Assembly: GCA_034530615.2 (NCBI GenBank)
Contig: JAVRCV020000005.1
Coordinates: 20,256 to 84,255, forward strand
Reading direction: 5' to 3'
DNA from: Aulosira sp. ZfuVER01
GTDB lineage: Bacteria > Cyanobacteriota > Cyanobacteriia > Cyanobacteriales > Nostocaceae
Length of the DNA: 64,000 nucleotides
The notes beneath the pieces are model-generated. The model worked only from the letters and a program-made list of their open reading frames with translations, searched no databases and was not told where the DNA came from. Positions 31,515 to 42,655 of the stretch are shown in pieces (positions within the stretch are counted from its first letter, which is position 1; each line of letters opens with the position of its first letter). Made by a program: the position numbers and the translations under genes.

Positions 31515-31663
31515 AAAATACGTTATATGAACAAATATTAATCAGACCAGAAATAGCGATCGCTACAGATGATGACGCGAAAATTTAGAGATTCATGTGT
31601 AGCAAAATTTGTCAGAATAGGGATTAAATGTGGTAAAAATACTGCTAAATTCGGGTGTTGTAA

Positions 31664-32134
31664 ATGAACTATTCTCAAATTCAATTTAGCGATCACAAGT
31701 CTGAAATTGATCTCGATCAACTGCAACAGCTGTTTAATCTTTCTGCTTTTTGGGCACAAGGACGTAGTATCGAGGATTTGAGTATAGCTATTACCAACAG
31801 CGATCCGGTAATTTCTTTATGGGATGGAGAGCAACTCGTTGGCTTTGCTAGAGCAACTTCCGATGGTATATATCGCGCCACAATTTGGGATGTTGTCATT
31901 CATCCAGAGTATCGTGGGAGAGGATTAGGAAGCAAATTAGTTGAAACAGTATTGAGTCATCCTCGCATGAGGTGGGTTGAGCGTGTTTATCTCATGACCA
32001 CTCACCAGCAGGAGTTCTATGAAAAAATTGGTTTTCAGTCTAATACAAGTACTACTATGGTGCTATACAACCAACCTAACCTGGATTCGCTGCCATCTGG
32101 AGAAATTCAGCTTCAGGAATCATTAGGGGGATAG
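31664..32134 (+). CDS. GNAT N-acetyltransferase
   Basis: [23 protein letters not shown]. Confidence 0.9.
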   Translation: MNYSQIQFSDHKSEIDLDQLQQLFNLSAFWAQGRSIEDLSIAITNSDPVISLWDGEQLVGFARATSDGIYRATIWDVVIHPEYRGRGLGSKLVETVLSHPRMRWVERVYLMTTHQQEFYEKIGFQSNTSTTMVLYNQPNLDSLPSGEIQLQESLGG

Positions 32135-33044
32135 ACACTTGCAGTCTGGTAAATTGTTCATTTCCTTCCTCAGTAGTGGAAGGTACAATTTCCAGCGTTC
32201 CTCCCATCACTTCCAATAAAGTTTGACTAAGTAAGAGCTTCATTCCTGGTGAAAGATGAGAATTCTGTTTCTCAGCGACAACAGGTTTATCTTCCACCTG
32301 TGTAAAATCTATGGATTTAATAAAATCAATAGACTCACTCCAAGGTAGAGCATCAACTGGTACATCCAGCCAAATGTATGCAGAATTTTTTATAGGCGAA
32401 GCGTTTGTATAAATAGAAATTGTCCCTTCTTCCATCTGAACAATTGCAGTGTCTACTAAATTTAGCAATACTTGACGTAGCCAACGAGGATCTGCCAAAA
32501 CGTAAATTTCTGACTCTGGAAGCGACATTTGTAGAGAAAAGTTGCGATTTGCCGCCAGCAGATAAGTTAACTTATAAACTTCCTGCAAAACTTCAGTTAG
32601 GGATAGGGGTTGAATATCTAACTTATTGGTGCCATGCTCTACTCTGGCAACATTGAGAATTTCATCAATTAATTTCAGCAGCTTTAAGGCTCTTTCGTGC
32701 GCTTGGGCAACAAATTCTCGCTCTTCCTCGGGATTTTCACACAAATCCGACAAAATTAATTGATGTAAACCAATTAAACCATTGAGGGGCGATCGCAATT
32801 CATGAGTAGTTCGTGCCAAAAAACCCGCTTTAAACTGGCTCATTTCCCTAGCCATTTGGTAGGCTAGTTGATTTTCCTGCAACCGTTGCAGCGATTGTGG
32901 TGAAGGTTTTGGCTCTGTTGTTTCTACTAGAGATGAACTAGGTATAGCGTTGTTAGAACGTGTAAATAACCAACGGAAACTCATCCCCAGTAAAAGTCCT
33001 ATTCCTAAATACACCCAATTATTCCAATTCATAATATTTTGCAA
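32076..33044 (-). CDS. hepN: Membrane-anchored histidine kinase with degenerate ATPase domain (HepN-like)
   Basis: N-terminal TM, THELRSP H box, altered N/G boxes; position between the secF-GNAT block and tsaC matches recalled alr0117 synteny. Confidence 0.7.
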   Translation of the reverse strand: MQNIMNWNNWVYLGIGLLLGMSFRWLFTRSNNAIPSSSLVETTEPKPSPQSLQRLQENQLAYQMAREMSQFKAGFLARTTHELRSPLNGLIGLHQLILSDLCENPEEEREFVAQAHERALKLLKLIDEILNVARVEHGTNKLDIQPLSLTEVLQEVYKLTYLLAANRNFSLQMSLPESEIYVLADPRWLRQVLLNLVDTAIVQMEEGTISIYTNASPIKNSAYIWLDVPVDALPWSESIDFIKSIDFTQVEDKPVVAEKQNSHLSPGMKLLLSQTLLEVMGGTLEIVPSTTEEGNEQFTRLQVSIPLMIPEAEFLQMAANPG

Positions 33045-33217
33045 TTATTCAGCTTTATTCTTTGACCACAAAGATTCAAAATTAAGTTCCTGATTTGAAA
33101 ATTACCTATCAATCTCTAGTTTCTAGGTGCAATAGCAGATTGTTCTGTATTTATATTGAGGAACCTAGCGTAATTAAAAATACTATACATTGTGTCAGCA
33201 GTTTCCTATCTAAATAG

Positions 33218-33252
33218 AAATAGCCTTAACTCTAATTGAGTTAAGGCTATTT
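33218..33252 (-). terminator. 15-bp perfect inverted repeat after tsaC
   Basis: AAATAGCCTTAACTC-TAATT-GAGTTAAGGCTATTT. Confidence 0.65.
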
Positions 33253-33293
33253 TTCCACAAATTGTATTTTTATGAATACTTATGAATTTCTGG

Positions 33294-33908
33294 CTAAAAA
33301 TTTAACTTAATAGCACCTTGTCGCAAAATTTGCCAATTCATTCCCGTCCATTTAGCCACCGTAGAAGGTACACCTCCTGTAGATACTTCTTGCTGATATT
33401 CTGTTGTGCTCAAATTCAAAACATCAGGGAACTGGTTCTCAATTTCTGCCATTGTTTGCAAGGCTGGTTGACCAGAAACATTGGCGCTAGTTGTTGCCAA
33501 AGGGCCTGTTCGGGACAAAATATTTTGGGCGATCGCACTTGCAGGAACTCTGATACCAATTGTGGTTGGGTCAGTAGGATTCATCTGTTTTGGAACTAAG
33601 ACTGATGCTGGCAAAACCAACGTCAGCCCTCCAGGCCAGTATTTATCTGTAATTTCCTGCCAAATTTTGTACTCGCGATCGCTACCTTGGACATAAGGCC
33701 ACAAATCCGATCCGCTAGCCCCCATCAAAATCAAAGGTTTATCTTGACTGCGTTGTTTAGCTGCAAATATTAAATCTGCTTTTTCTGGTAAAGCTGCAAG
33801 TGCGGGAACTGTATCTGTAGGAAAGCTTACTAATTTCCCAGCACGTGCGCCAGCTACTAAAGCATCCAAGGAAACTTTTGTCATGTTTAACGAGTGAAGA
33901 GTTAACAA
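33294..33908 (-). CDS. tsaC: L-threonylcarbamoyladenylate synthase (Sua5/YrdC)
   Basis: FPTDTV, KQR...KPL, WPGGLT, TTSANVSG; start may be ATG at 33884. Confidence 0.9.
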   Translation of the reverse strand: MLTLHSLNMTKVSLDALVAGARAGKLVSFPTDTVPALAALPEKADLIFAAKQRSQDKPLILMGASGSDLWPYVQGSDREYKIWQEITDKYWPGGLTLVLPASVLVPKQMNPTDPTTIGIRVPASAIAQNILSRTGPLATTSANVSGQPALQTMAEIENQFPDVLNLSTTEYQQEVSTGGVPSTVAKWTGMNWQILRQGAIKLNF

Positions 33909-33956
33909 TTAATACATATAGCGGTTTGCAGCACACTCAATAAAAACTGCGATCGC

Positions 33957-34880
33957 TCAACACTCAGCATTCACATAAGCTAGGGCAAAGCGTTCAATCC
34001 CAGCTAAATCGGAGTGAATTTCGATATTACTATAGCTACCATGATTTTGTAGAATTTCTTTAACTCTATCTGCCTGCCCTGCCATCATCTCAATCAACCA
34101 TACACCACCAGGTTGCAAATAACTGGGGGAAATTTCAATCAAATGACGGATGCAATCCAAACCATCAGCACCACCATCTAAAGCTAAATGTGGTTCGTGG
34201 AGAATTACTTCTGGTTGTAATGTCGGTAAGGTGCTGGTGGGAATATAAGGCGGATTGGAAACCATCCCACTTAACTGACCTTTGAGGAACGAGAGTGGTT
34301 CCCACCAGGAACCTTGATAAAATCGAATCCGGTCAGCAAAGCCCAAATTTTGGGCATTTGCCGCTGCGATCGCCAAAGCTTCTGAACTGTAATCGACGGC
34401 GTGAATGGTGGACTCTGGAAAGACATTTGCTAGTCCCAGAGCGATCGCACCACTACCAGTACCTAAGTCCACCCAGTGTCCTTGCTGTAAAGGTGGGATG
34501 GCTTCACTACTATTGGCGGCAGTTACAGCTAAATCAATCAAGCATTCTGTTTCAGGTCTAGGAATCAAAACTGCGCTCGAAACGGCGATTTTAAACTGTC
34601 GCCAAGGTGAAACTCCCGCAATGTACTGCACTGGCAAGCGATCGTGTAACCGCCTTTGCCACAACTGCTCTAAATCTTCTAAAGGCAACTTCAGTTGAAT
34701 TTGCGGCCAGTTTTTGTAAGATTCTAAACGCAGTGCCAAGCGATCTAAACCTGCTACCTCTTGTAGCAGCCAATCAACTTCCGCTACTGGAACATCTGTG
34801 GCGATCGCAGCTTGAATTGCCTGATGACGCCACTGCCAAAGTTGTAAACCAGAGACTACTTTTGGCTGTGTATTCGTCAT
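33957..34880 (-). CDS. prmC: Release factor glutamine methyltransferase
   Basis: LIPRPETE, DLGTGSG, SNPPY. Confidence 0.95.
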   Translation of the reverse strand: MTNTQPKVVSGLQLWQWRHQAIQAAIATDVPVAEVDWLLQEVAGLDRLALRLESYKNWPQIQLKLPLEDLEQLWQRRLHDRLPVQYIAGVSPWRQFKIAVSSAVLIPRPETECLIDLAVTAANSSEAIPPLQQGHWVDLGTGSGAIALGLANVFPESTIHAVDYSSEALAIAAANAQNLGFADRIRFYQGSWWEPLSFLKGQLSGMVSNPPYIPTSTLPTLQPEVILHEPHLALDGGADGLDCIRHLIEISPSYLQPGGVWLIEMMAGQADRVKEILQNHGSYSNIEIHSDLAGIERFALAYVNAEC

Positions 34881-34889
34881 ACCTCAACA

Positions 34890-35720
34890 TTACCTAGGCT
34901 TTTTGGGTTGTGAATTGTTCCGATTGGGAGCCGCAGGAGCCTTAGATGCATTATTATCCCTAGGCAGTGTCTTAATATATTCTCTAGATTCTGGCGATGG
35001 CACTAAGACGACTTGATTCAGCCATGTATCATTTTTATCCTGCAAGGTTTTAATCACACCATCTACATCTATTACCTGAATATCAGCCTTGGGATATTTA
35101 GGCTTCACTTGGTTTAACAAACCCTGTGCGTCTTGCTTACTTAAAAACAAAGGAATTAGCTGCTGATTGTCAGCAGTCAGTTTAATTGGTACATATCCTT
35201 GATCTGGCGCAAACCTGACCGCAAACACAGGTACACTCTTAAACTGATCTACCTTTTGACCAGTTTGGCGTAGTATATCCATTGCCCCTTGGATTTCTTG
35301 GTCTACAGGTTTAAAAGCAAATAAAAGACGGTTGGGCTGATTTTTACTTTGTTGCAATTGTTGATAAATGACTCCCAGAGGTACTGCTGTTACCTGAAGA
35401 CTTTTGACAATTTCTTGTATTTTCGGGTCTTTTCCTTGTGTACTCCGCAGGTCGTTAATAAATTTTTGGGCTTCTTGGCGACTCAGATAAACTCCTGTCA
35501 CGGAGCCACCAGCTTTTTGGCCGTTTTGATTTTGGGGCAGGGGACGACTCAGCGGTAGTCCCTTTTCGTTAGTTACTAAATATACAGGTACTGAGTCTAA
35601 TTTCTCTTTTATTTGCTGTTCTGACAATGCCAGCACAGAAAGATTTCCAGCAAAGACAGTTCCTAGCAATGTACTGCCAACTAAACCCAATGTTGCGCCC
35701 CAGCGAACCAATGATTTCAT
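34890..35720 (-). CDS. tic22: Tic22-family periplasmic chaperone
   Basis: Signal peptide MKSLVRWG..., KLDSVPVY, VPVF, IPLFLSKQDA; ORF track extends to 35783. Confidence 0.85.
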   Translation of the reverse strand: MKSLVRWGATLGLVGSTLLGTVFAGNLSVLALSEQQIKEKLDSVPVYLVTNEKGLPLSRPLPQNQNGQKAGGSVTGVYLSRQEAQKFINDLRSTQGKDPKIQEIVKSLQVTAVPLGVIYQQLQQSKNQPNRLLFAFKPVDQEIQGAMDILRQTGQKVDQFKSVPVFAVRFAPDQGYVPIKLTADNQQLIPLFLSKQDAQGLLNQVKPKYPKADIQVIDVDGVIKTLQDKNDTWLNQVVLVPSPESREYIKTLPRDNNASKAPAAPNRNNSQPKKPR

Positions 35721-36387
35721 GACTACTCCTCGTGTCAACAATTCTTTTAACTCAGACACATAGTTGGTTTTGCACAGCACCAACTTGTTTTAGTTATATA
35801 GCAATCCATTAGAAATGGGAAAAATTCGTACTGCCTATTGAAAGTTAATAGACAGCCTCAAGAAGTGTTATTTCCTGCCAATTTAGGATTGCAATATATT
35901 GCCCTCAAGCATTGAAAGTGCTTAAATGGTCTTTTTCTCAATGTTTATCTAGCTATTTTTGCTCTGCACTGCAAAATGCCGTAGATGCTTGTTATATGGC
36001 GCTATCTGGTAGCGACAAATTGCTCAAATTATTTCAGCACTAAATGTCATTTGATTGTCTTTACCTAACTATAAATGACGCCATTATATAGTGAATCGTT
36101 CCAGTTGCCTTTAATTTAGAATCTGTTCAAATTTAGGTAAATGTATATAAAATTCAATTTGTAAATTATTCTTTGCTAGGGAACAAATTTGTCTATGATA
36201 GCTTGCACAATAGCTTAAGACCAAAATAGCCAAATTAGATTACTTAGATTACTCCGAAAAAATATCTAATTTAGAAGCACAGTATTTACCAAAGAAAAAC
36301 TCTCATCAATTATTGATTTTTCTTATTAAATATTTAAAAAACCGTAGATCTATTGATAGATTTACGGTTTTACTTTGAAATTTTAAA

Positions 36388-36461
36388 TCGGGATGACAGG
36401 ATTTGAACCTGCGGCATCCTGCTCCCAAAGCAGGCGCGCTACCAAGCTGCGCTACATCCCG
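36388..36461 (-). tRNA. trnP: tRNA-Pro(UGG), CCA not encoded
   Basis: CGGGATGTAGCGCAGCTTGGTAGCGCGCCTGCTTTGGGAGCAGG...GGTTCAAATCC...CATCCCGA cloverleaf, anticodon TGG. Confidence 0.97.
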
Positions 36462-36788
36462 GTTAATTTATCTACTGCCACTAGTAGGATTTGACTCTTA
36501 CAACAAGGCTTTCGACTTTATCAGTCTCACAAGAATTAGTGGTACTTTGGTTAGCTTAACAAAGCGCTCTATCGATTATATCAGATTCAGCAGATATTTA
36601 CTCATTTTTTATCTGCTAACACAAGAATAATCGAGTTGTGTCTTTTATCAAGTTCTCGAGAGCCAACATAGCTTAATAATCAAGCTACTTGCTAGCATCT
36701 CAGTTCAACCTCTGAAACTAATCTTGAGTAGACTTTCGCTATTATAACTAAATTTTGGGTAGCAATGTATTTTATTTGTATAGAGAAT

Positions 36789-37313
36789 TTAGTGAGGATA
36801 CCAAAACATACCTTTTATACCCTCTGGATCGGCCATAAAACCCATAGTCCGGTAGAAATCAACAACGTGGGGGTCAGCGAAGAGAGTGACATTACTAATC
36901 TCTTCACTTCTGAGTTTTTTCAGCACGTATTTCATCAGTGCTTTACCCAGACCCTTACCTTGAAAGTCAGGGTGAACGACTACATCCCAGATAGTGGCAT
37001 TAAAGGCGTGATCTGAAGTAGCACGGGCAAAACCAATAAGCCGCCTTTGGTTTCCTCGGACTTGCCACATTGAGGCAACGAGAAAACTATGCTCAATAGC
37101 TTTTTTTACTTTTCTTAGAGGGCGACGTGACCAACCAACAGCATCACAGAGTTCTTCGAGTTCATACAAGTCTATATCTCGCTCTGTGCTGAAGACAATG
37201 CGATCGCTATTAGGGCTATTGCCCATAAATTCTGCGCTCATCTCTTCTAAGGGAGCTGTTCTGGTTGTCGCTGTAGATTCAGAAGTACTAAACCAAGTTT
37301 TCCAAAAACCCAT
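36789..37313 (-). CDS. ycf52: Ycf52-like GNAT acetyltransferase
   Basis: [35 protein letters not shown]. Confidence 0.85.
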   Translation of the reverse strand: MGFWKTWFSTSESTATTRTAPLEEMSAEFMGNSPNSDRIVFSTERDIDLYELEELCDAVGWSRRPLRKVKKAIEHSFLVASMWQVRGNQRRLIGFARATSDHAFNATIWDVVVHPDFQGKGLGKALMKYVLKKLRSEEISNVTLFADPHVVDFYRTMGFMADPEGIKGMFWYPH

Positions 37314-37939
37314 GCCGACGTGGTTCGGGTAGTATAACTGAATTGGCTTCCACTATTAAAAGCGGTGATTCACTTCTAACAACGCTAGTTCCATCTACTA
37401 CCCCTCACACTCAAGATATTTTTGGTGTTTTTAGGGTTTTCAATGGTGACAGGCTGCTAAGGCGTGTTTTCCACCAATCATTTTCAACTTTAGCATTTTG
37501 TTGTAAAGCTAGGAGAAATTCGCCAAAAGGGAAAAATAAGAGAGTGAATTTTATATAAAGACAAGAATCGGGGATGAGCAATTAGAGGATTTTTTGGCAA
37601 ATTAATCTAGAATGGACTCTCCGATAAGGTACATCAGCAAAAAGTCAAGCATTTGCGCAGTTAAAAGCCGAGGCATCTTAAAAGTGCTGGCTATAAATAT
37701 TGAGAGGGGTAATACCCTTTGTTAATTGACCAACAGTATGCTGGAGATTGGGAAATAATTTGTCGCCAGCCTCTATCTTTAGATATGAAAAATCAAAAAT
37801 TGTGTGGAAAAATTTAGTGTGACACACAAGGACTGATGCTTCCCAGTAAGCAAATTTCTTTGTAGAGTTTCCCAATCCCCTTTCCAGTCCCTAGTCCCCA
37901 GTCCCCTGGTGACAAATCTCGCGAGTCCTACCCCCAAAG

Positions 37940-38659
37940 ATGGCTTCTGGTTTAAAATCTTCGACTCTGGAACTCCTAAAACGCTTTAACCGAGCGTTCC
38001 CCCAGTTTTATGAACAGTTTGTTAGCAGTGAAATTCAACTGCAAAATTTACGACTAGCCTACCGTCTCTATAAAACTAGACGCGCTGTCATCGAGCTGAA
38101 ACCGGAAGGTAGCAAAAGCGCTCTGCATTTTGCTTACCGTAACCAGTCTTTTCTCCTCAGCGATATTTTTGGTGTGCTGGCTGCTTACGGGCTGACTATT
38201 CACGGTTTAAGTCTATACGGTCAAATCCGACCACCGATGTTAGTGTTTATTAAACTGCTGGTATCTCGTGGTAGTAAAGCCTTGACCGATAAAACCGCAG
38301 ATAATGTCTGTAGAGCAATTCGTGAGGCTCTAGGAGGGCGATTTGAGGTAGAAGAAATGCTGGCTGTAGAATTCAACCTCGATACTGGCTTAGAGCAAGT
38401 ACAGACAGAGTTTTATGTCGATCCAGTCTTTCATCTTCCGGCTTTAGTTATTGAAGCTGATAATCAACCGGGATTATTCTACAAAGTGATGTACGCTATC
38501 TGGCAGGAAGACTTGCTGGTAGTCAATGCCAACTTGCTAGTTTGGCGGGGACGTACACGGCTAATTCTCTATTTATTGGGGCCGAATGAAAGTCTCATTC
38601 CTGAATATTTGGGTCACAAAATTGCTGAAGGTGTGCGACAGAGATTACTAGGTAAATGA
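37940..38659 (+). CDS. Conserved hypothetical protein with probable tandem ACT-like folds
   Basis: NQSFLLSDIFGVLAAYGLTI and ADNQPGLFYKVMYAIWQEDLLV resemble ACT repeats. Confidence 0.65.
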   Translation: MASGLKSSTLELLKRFNRAFPQFYEQFVSSEIQLQNLRLAYRLYKTRRAVIELKPEGSKSALHFAYRNQSFLLSDIFGVLAAYGLTIHGLSLYGQIRPPMLVFIKLLVSRGSKALTDKTADNVCRAIREALGGRFEVEEMLAVEFNLDTGLEQVQTEFYVDPVFHLPALVIEADNQPGLFYKVMYAIWQEDLLVVNANLLVWRGRTRLILYLLGPNESLIPEYLGHKIAEGVRQRLLGK

Positions 38660-38769
38660 CGTGAACTATTAATTACAAATTATGAAGGAGAAAATTTTTC
38701 CACCTTTAGCCTTCATCCTTTTGCATTCCATATTTAGTCGCACCCGCCCTTAAAGGTACGATATTAAGT

Positions 38770-39720
38770 ATGGCAACAATCGAAATCTTGGGCGTTCCAC
38801 ACGCATACGAGCTAACTGCTCCCACATCTTGCCCCCATACTTTAGTTTTTATTCACGGTTGGCTAAATAGCCGTGGGTACTGGCAGCCTGTAATTTCTCG
38901 TCTGTCAGAAGATTTACAATGCCTTTGTTACGATTTACGGGGTTTTGGTGAGTCCCAATCCCAGCCAGATACCGAGTTGAGTCAGGCAGAAGTTTCTGTC
39001 AGTCTGGCTCGCAATTTCAAGAGTGGAGTTAACTCACCGTTCGATTCTATGTATACCCCATCTGCCTATGCCCAGGATTTAGCGGTCCTTTTGGAACAGC
39101 TACATATTACCAGTGCTTGGCTGATTGGTCACTCTTTAGGTGGCACGATCGCTCTTTGGGCAGCAGATCTGATGCCCGATCGCGTTAAAGGAGTTATTTG
39201 TATTAATGCAGGTGGTGGCATTTATCTCAAAGAAGCCTTTGAGCAGTTCCGTTTGGCTGGTCAGCGATTTTTACAAGTCCGCCCTCGCTGGTTATCTCAA
39301 ATACCTTTAATTGATTTACTATTTACCAGAACTAGTGTGGCGCGTCCCTTGGAACGTTATTGGGCGCGTCAGCGAGTAATTGATTTTGTCGTAGCCGATC
39401 CAGAAGCAGCGTTGGGAACACTCTTAGACTCTACAACTGAAGAGGAAATCAACCGCTTACCTCAACTAGTGGCTCAACTGAAACAGCCAGTTTATTTTTT
39501 GACAGGTAGCCACGATAAGGTCATGGAACCTAAGTATGTGCGTCACTTAGCCAGCTTTCACCGACTGTTTCAATACTGTGGCGACAATGTAATTGAAATT
39601 CCTGATTGTGGACACTTAGCAATGTTAGAGCAGCCGGATGCAGTTGCTACTCATATCCGCTCAATTTTAAATCTTCAAGAAGAGTCAATAGTCAATAGTC
39701 AAGGGTCAAATAGGCAATAG
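38770..39720 (+). CDS. Alpha/beta hydrolase
   Basis: FIHGW, DLRGFG, GHSLGG nucleophile elbow, CGH. Confidence 0.9.
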   Translation: MATIEILGVPHAYELTAPTSCPHTLVFIHGWLNSRGYWQPVISRLSEDLQCLCYDLRGFGESQSQPDTELSQAEVSVSLARNFKSGVNSPFDSMYTPSAYAQDLAVLLEQLHITSAWLIGHSLGGTIALWAADLMPDRVKGVICINAGGGIYLKEAFEQFRLAGQRFLQVRPRWLSQIPLIDLLFTRTSVARPLERYWARQRVIDFVVADPEAALGTLLDSTTEEEINRLPQLVAQLKQPVYFLTGSHDKVMEPKYVRHLASFHRLFQYCGDNVIEIPDCGHLAMLEQPDAVATHIRSILNLQEESIVNSQGSNRQ

Positions 39721-39727
39721 AGAAATA

Positions 39728-39849
39728 CCCAATGACACCACTTGCTACCCTGCAGGAACGCTTTTAGCGAACAAGCCGAGGCCAGTTGCTACAACGGAGG
39801 GAACCTCCGCAACGCACTGGCTCTCTAACGCAGTGGCTCCCCAATGCCC
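39728..39849. repeat. Nested short dispersed repeats within CCCAATG heptamers
   Basis: CCACTTGC...AACGCAGTGGCT outer element; CTACCCTGCAGGAACGC..GCGAAC and GCCAGTTGCTACAACGGAGGGAACCTCCGCAACGCACTGGC inside. Confidence 0.6.
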
Positions 39850-39851
39850 TA

Positions 39852-40898
39852 CTAACCAATTTGATACAACTTCATAACCTGAGCAAGCGATAACCTAGAT
39901 TCGACGCCTAGGGTTAAAGGAGATGTATGCCCTCGCGAAAGATGATCGGCAGCGGCACAGGCAATCATGGCGGCATTATCGGTGCAAAATTTTAAGGGCG
40001 GGAAAAGGACACGTAAGTTATTTTCAGTTGCTGCTGCTTGTAAGTGTTTTCTAAGCCCACTGTTAGCTGCAACACCGCCACCAACAGCAATTGTATTTAG
40101 ACCGTAATCAAGGGCACAGGCGATCGCCCTTTTTGTGAGCGATCGCGCTACTGTTTGTTGAAAGCTGGCTGCTACATCTGCTATGGGAATTTCAGTTTGA
40201 TTTTTCTCTAGCTGTTGAACTAAACGCAGTACCGCTGTCTTTAACCCGCTAAAACTCCCGTCATAGCGATGATATCCTCCACTAGGGAGTGAGACTTTTC
40301 CTTCTGGCAAAGCAAAGGCTTGGGGATCGCCTGTTTGTGCCAAGCGATCGATTACTGGTCCACCGGGATAACCCAACTTTAACAGTCGCGCTATTTTATC
40401 AAAAGCTTCTCCTGCCGCATCATCACGGGTTTCTCCTAGAGTTTCGTATATACCACAATCCTTAACGTAAATCAAGCTTGTATGTCCGCCCGAAACTAGT
40501 AAGCTAAGAAAAGGGGGATCTAAACTTGGCTCGCTCAAGTAAGTTGCATAAATGTGACCTTCAAGATGATGCACTCCCAAAAATGGCTTTCTTTGAATCA
40601 TTGCTAAAGTTTTGGCAGCAGTTAAGCCTACCAACAGCGCTCCTACAAGTCCAGGGGCACAGGTTGCTGCAATACCGTCAATTTGCTCCCAATTGATCTG
40701 GCTCTGCTCGAAAGCTTGAGCGATCGCCCAGTTGATTGTTTCTAAGTGCTGACGGGACGCTACCTCTGGTACTACCCCCCCATACTGCTGATGGATAGGG
40801 ATTTGCGAAGCTATGATACTGCTGCAAACTTGACGATTGTTAACAATTGCTACAGCAGTTTCATCACAGCTAGTTTCGATCGCTAAAACGGTTGCCAT
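39852..40898 (-). CDS. tsaD: tRNA threonylcarbamoyltransferase
   Basis: [43 protein letters not shown]. Confidence 0.96.
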   Translation of the reverse strand: MATVLAIETSCDETAVAIVNNRQVCSSIIASQIPIHQQYGGVVPEVASRQHLETINWAIAQAFEQSQINWEQIDGIAATCAPGLVGALLVGLTAAKTLAMIQRKPFLGVHHLEGHIYATYLSEPSLDPPFLSLLVSGGHTSLIYVKDCGIYETLGETRDDAAGEAFDKIARLLKLGYPGGPVIDRLAQTGDPQAFALPEGKVSLPSGGYHRYDGSFSGLKTAVLRLVQQLEKNQTEIPIADVAASFQQTVARSLTKRAIACALDYGLNTIAVGGGVAANSGLRKHLQAAATENNLRVLFPPLKFCTDNAAMIACAAADHLSRGHTSPLTLGVESRLSLAQVMKLYQIG

Positions 40899-41189
40899 TG
40901 CTACAGGAGAGTAATGAGTAATCGATCTTGAGTTCTGAGCCTAGGTCTTGACACTAAGCTCTAAGCTATGAATGTTCTCAAATATTACGAAATTTTGTTC
41001 AATGCTAGGTACTCAGAACTCAAAACTCGATAGGAACTTGGTTGAGAAGCTTTAACTTTTATTTACTTAAACTTTACTCGGTTCCCAGGCAAGAGTATGA
41101 TGACTTGCTAGTTATGTAAATAAAGACTGTACAAGCCGCTTCGTTTTGTACAAAAAACTTTTTGTTTTGTAATAAAAGGAAACAACTCC

Positions 41190-41684
41190 ATGCGACGATT
41201 GTTTGCTTTGATTTTAGCGATTTGTCTTTGGTTCAATTTTGCCCCGCCCGCAAAAGCGCTGGGGGCTAATCTTGCACCATGCGCAGACACTCCCGCTTTT
41301 CAAGAGCTAGCAAAAAATGCCCGTAATACTACCGCTGACCCACAATCAGGGAAAAAGCGGTTTGAGCGTTATTCTCAAGCGCTTTGCGGCCCTGAGGGCT
41401 ATCCTCATTTGATTGTTGATGGTCGCCTGGATCGTGCAGGTGACTTCTTAATTCCCAGCATTCTTTTCCTTTACATTACTGGTTGGATTGGTTGGGTAGG
41501 TCGTGCTTATCTGATAGCAATCAAAAAAGGATCTGATGCTGAACAAAAAGAAATCCAAATCGATCTCGGTTTGGCACTACCAATCATGGCAACAGGCTTT
41601 GCTTGGCCTGCGGCTGCTATCCAAGAATTACTTTCAGGTCAATTAACAGCTAAGGATACAGAAATACCCGTTTCCCCACGCTAA
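41190..41684 (+). CDS. psaF: Photosystem I subunit III
   Basis: [27 protein letters not shown]. Confidence 0.96.
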   Translation: MRRLFALILAICLWFNFAPPAKALGANLAPCADTPAFQELAKNARNTTADPQSGKKRFERYSQALCGPEGYPHLIVDGRLDRAGDFLIPSILFLYITGWIGWVGRAYLIAIKKGSDAEQKEIQIDLGLALPIMATGFAWPAAAIQELLSGQLTAKDTEIPVSPR

Positions 41685-41722
41685 TCATCTGAACTCGTTC
41701 ACTTGTTTTGGAGGCTAAATTC

Positions 41723-41872
41723 ATGGCAGATAAAGGCGACTCATCATCGTATTTGATTAAGTTTATTTCCACCGCACCTGTAGCAGCAACCCTATGGTTG
41801 ACAATTACAGCAGGGATTTTGATTGAATTTAACCGCTTTTTCCCTGACCTACTTTTCCACCCAATGCCGTAA
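41723..41872 (+). CDS. psaJ: Photosystem I subunit IX (not in ORF track)
   Basis: [56 protein letters not shown]. Confidence 0.95.
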   Translation: MADKGDSSSYLIKFISTAPVAATLWLTITAGILIEFNRFFPDLLFHPMP

Positions 41873-41990
41873 GTAGAATACGGTATTCTCACCAGCTGAA
41901 TTTTTGTCTTCTGTCTAATTTTATGTAGTTATATTTTTCAACCTAACTAGGTGAAAATATAGCTCAGATAGGCAGTACAAATAATTATTA

Positions 41991-42032
41991 GAAACTCGTA
42001 TTCTCTTTACAGAGTACGAGTTTCATTTTTTT
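41991..42032 (+). terminator. Intrinsic terminator after psaFJ
   Basis: GAAACTCGTATTCT...AGAGTACGAGTTTC followed by a T-tract. Confidence 0.7.
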
Positions 42033-42139
42033 AATTAGCTAAATTAATTTTTCTAAACTTCACTGACAAAAAGCACCTTTAGCTACAATTATTATTAATA
42101 GAAAATGCCACAATTCTAATTTAGAGGCGAACATAAAAT

Positions 42140-42655
42140 ATGGCGCAAGCAGTAGATGCATCCAAAAATCTTCCCAGCGATCCTAGAAATCGTGAGGTTG
42201 TTTTTCCCGCAGGGCGCGATCCTCAAAGAGGCAACCTAGAAACGCCAATTAATTCTTCTCCCTTGGTGAAGTGGTTCATTAATAATTTGCCCGCATATCG
42301 CCCTGGTCTAACTCCTTTTAGACGTGGGCTAGAAGTTGGTATGGCTCATGGTTACTGGATCTTTGGACCCTTTGCCAAATTAGGTCCTCTGCGCAATGCA
42401 CCTAGTGCTAACTTGGCTGGGTTACTAGGAGCTATCGGCTTGGTTGTACTTCTTACCGCCGCCCTATCTCTGTATGCTCACAGCAATCCTCCCAAAGCAC
42501 TTGGTAGCGTGACTGCAAATCCTCCAGATGCTTTTACTACCAATGAAGGCTGGAATAACTTTTCTAGTGCTTTCTTAATTGGTGGTATTGGTGGCGCAGT
42601 AGTTGCTTACTTTTTGACTATCAATCTCGCACTAATTCAAGGTTTAGTGGGTTAA
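42140..42655 (+). CDS. psaL: Photosystem I subunit XI
   Basis: GNLETPIN, NLPAYR, RGLEVGMAHGY, GPLR. Confidence 0.96.
   Translation: MAQAVDASKNLPSDPRNREVVFPAGRDPQRGNLETPINSSPLVKWFINNLPAYRPGLTPFRRGLEVGMAHGYWIFGPFAKLGPLRNAPSANLAGLLGAIGLVVLLTAALSLYAHSNPPKALGSVTANPPDAFTTNEGWNNFSSAFLIGGIGGAVVAYFLTINLALIQGLVG

Noticed and set aside
36388..36788. tRNA-Pro as an integration site
   Set aside because: No integrase or duplicated tRNA 3' end seen; flanking genes are core and in expected order
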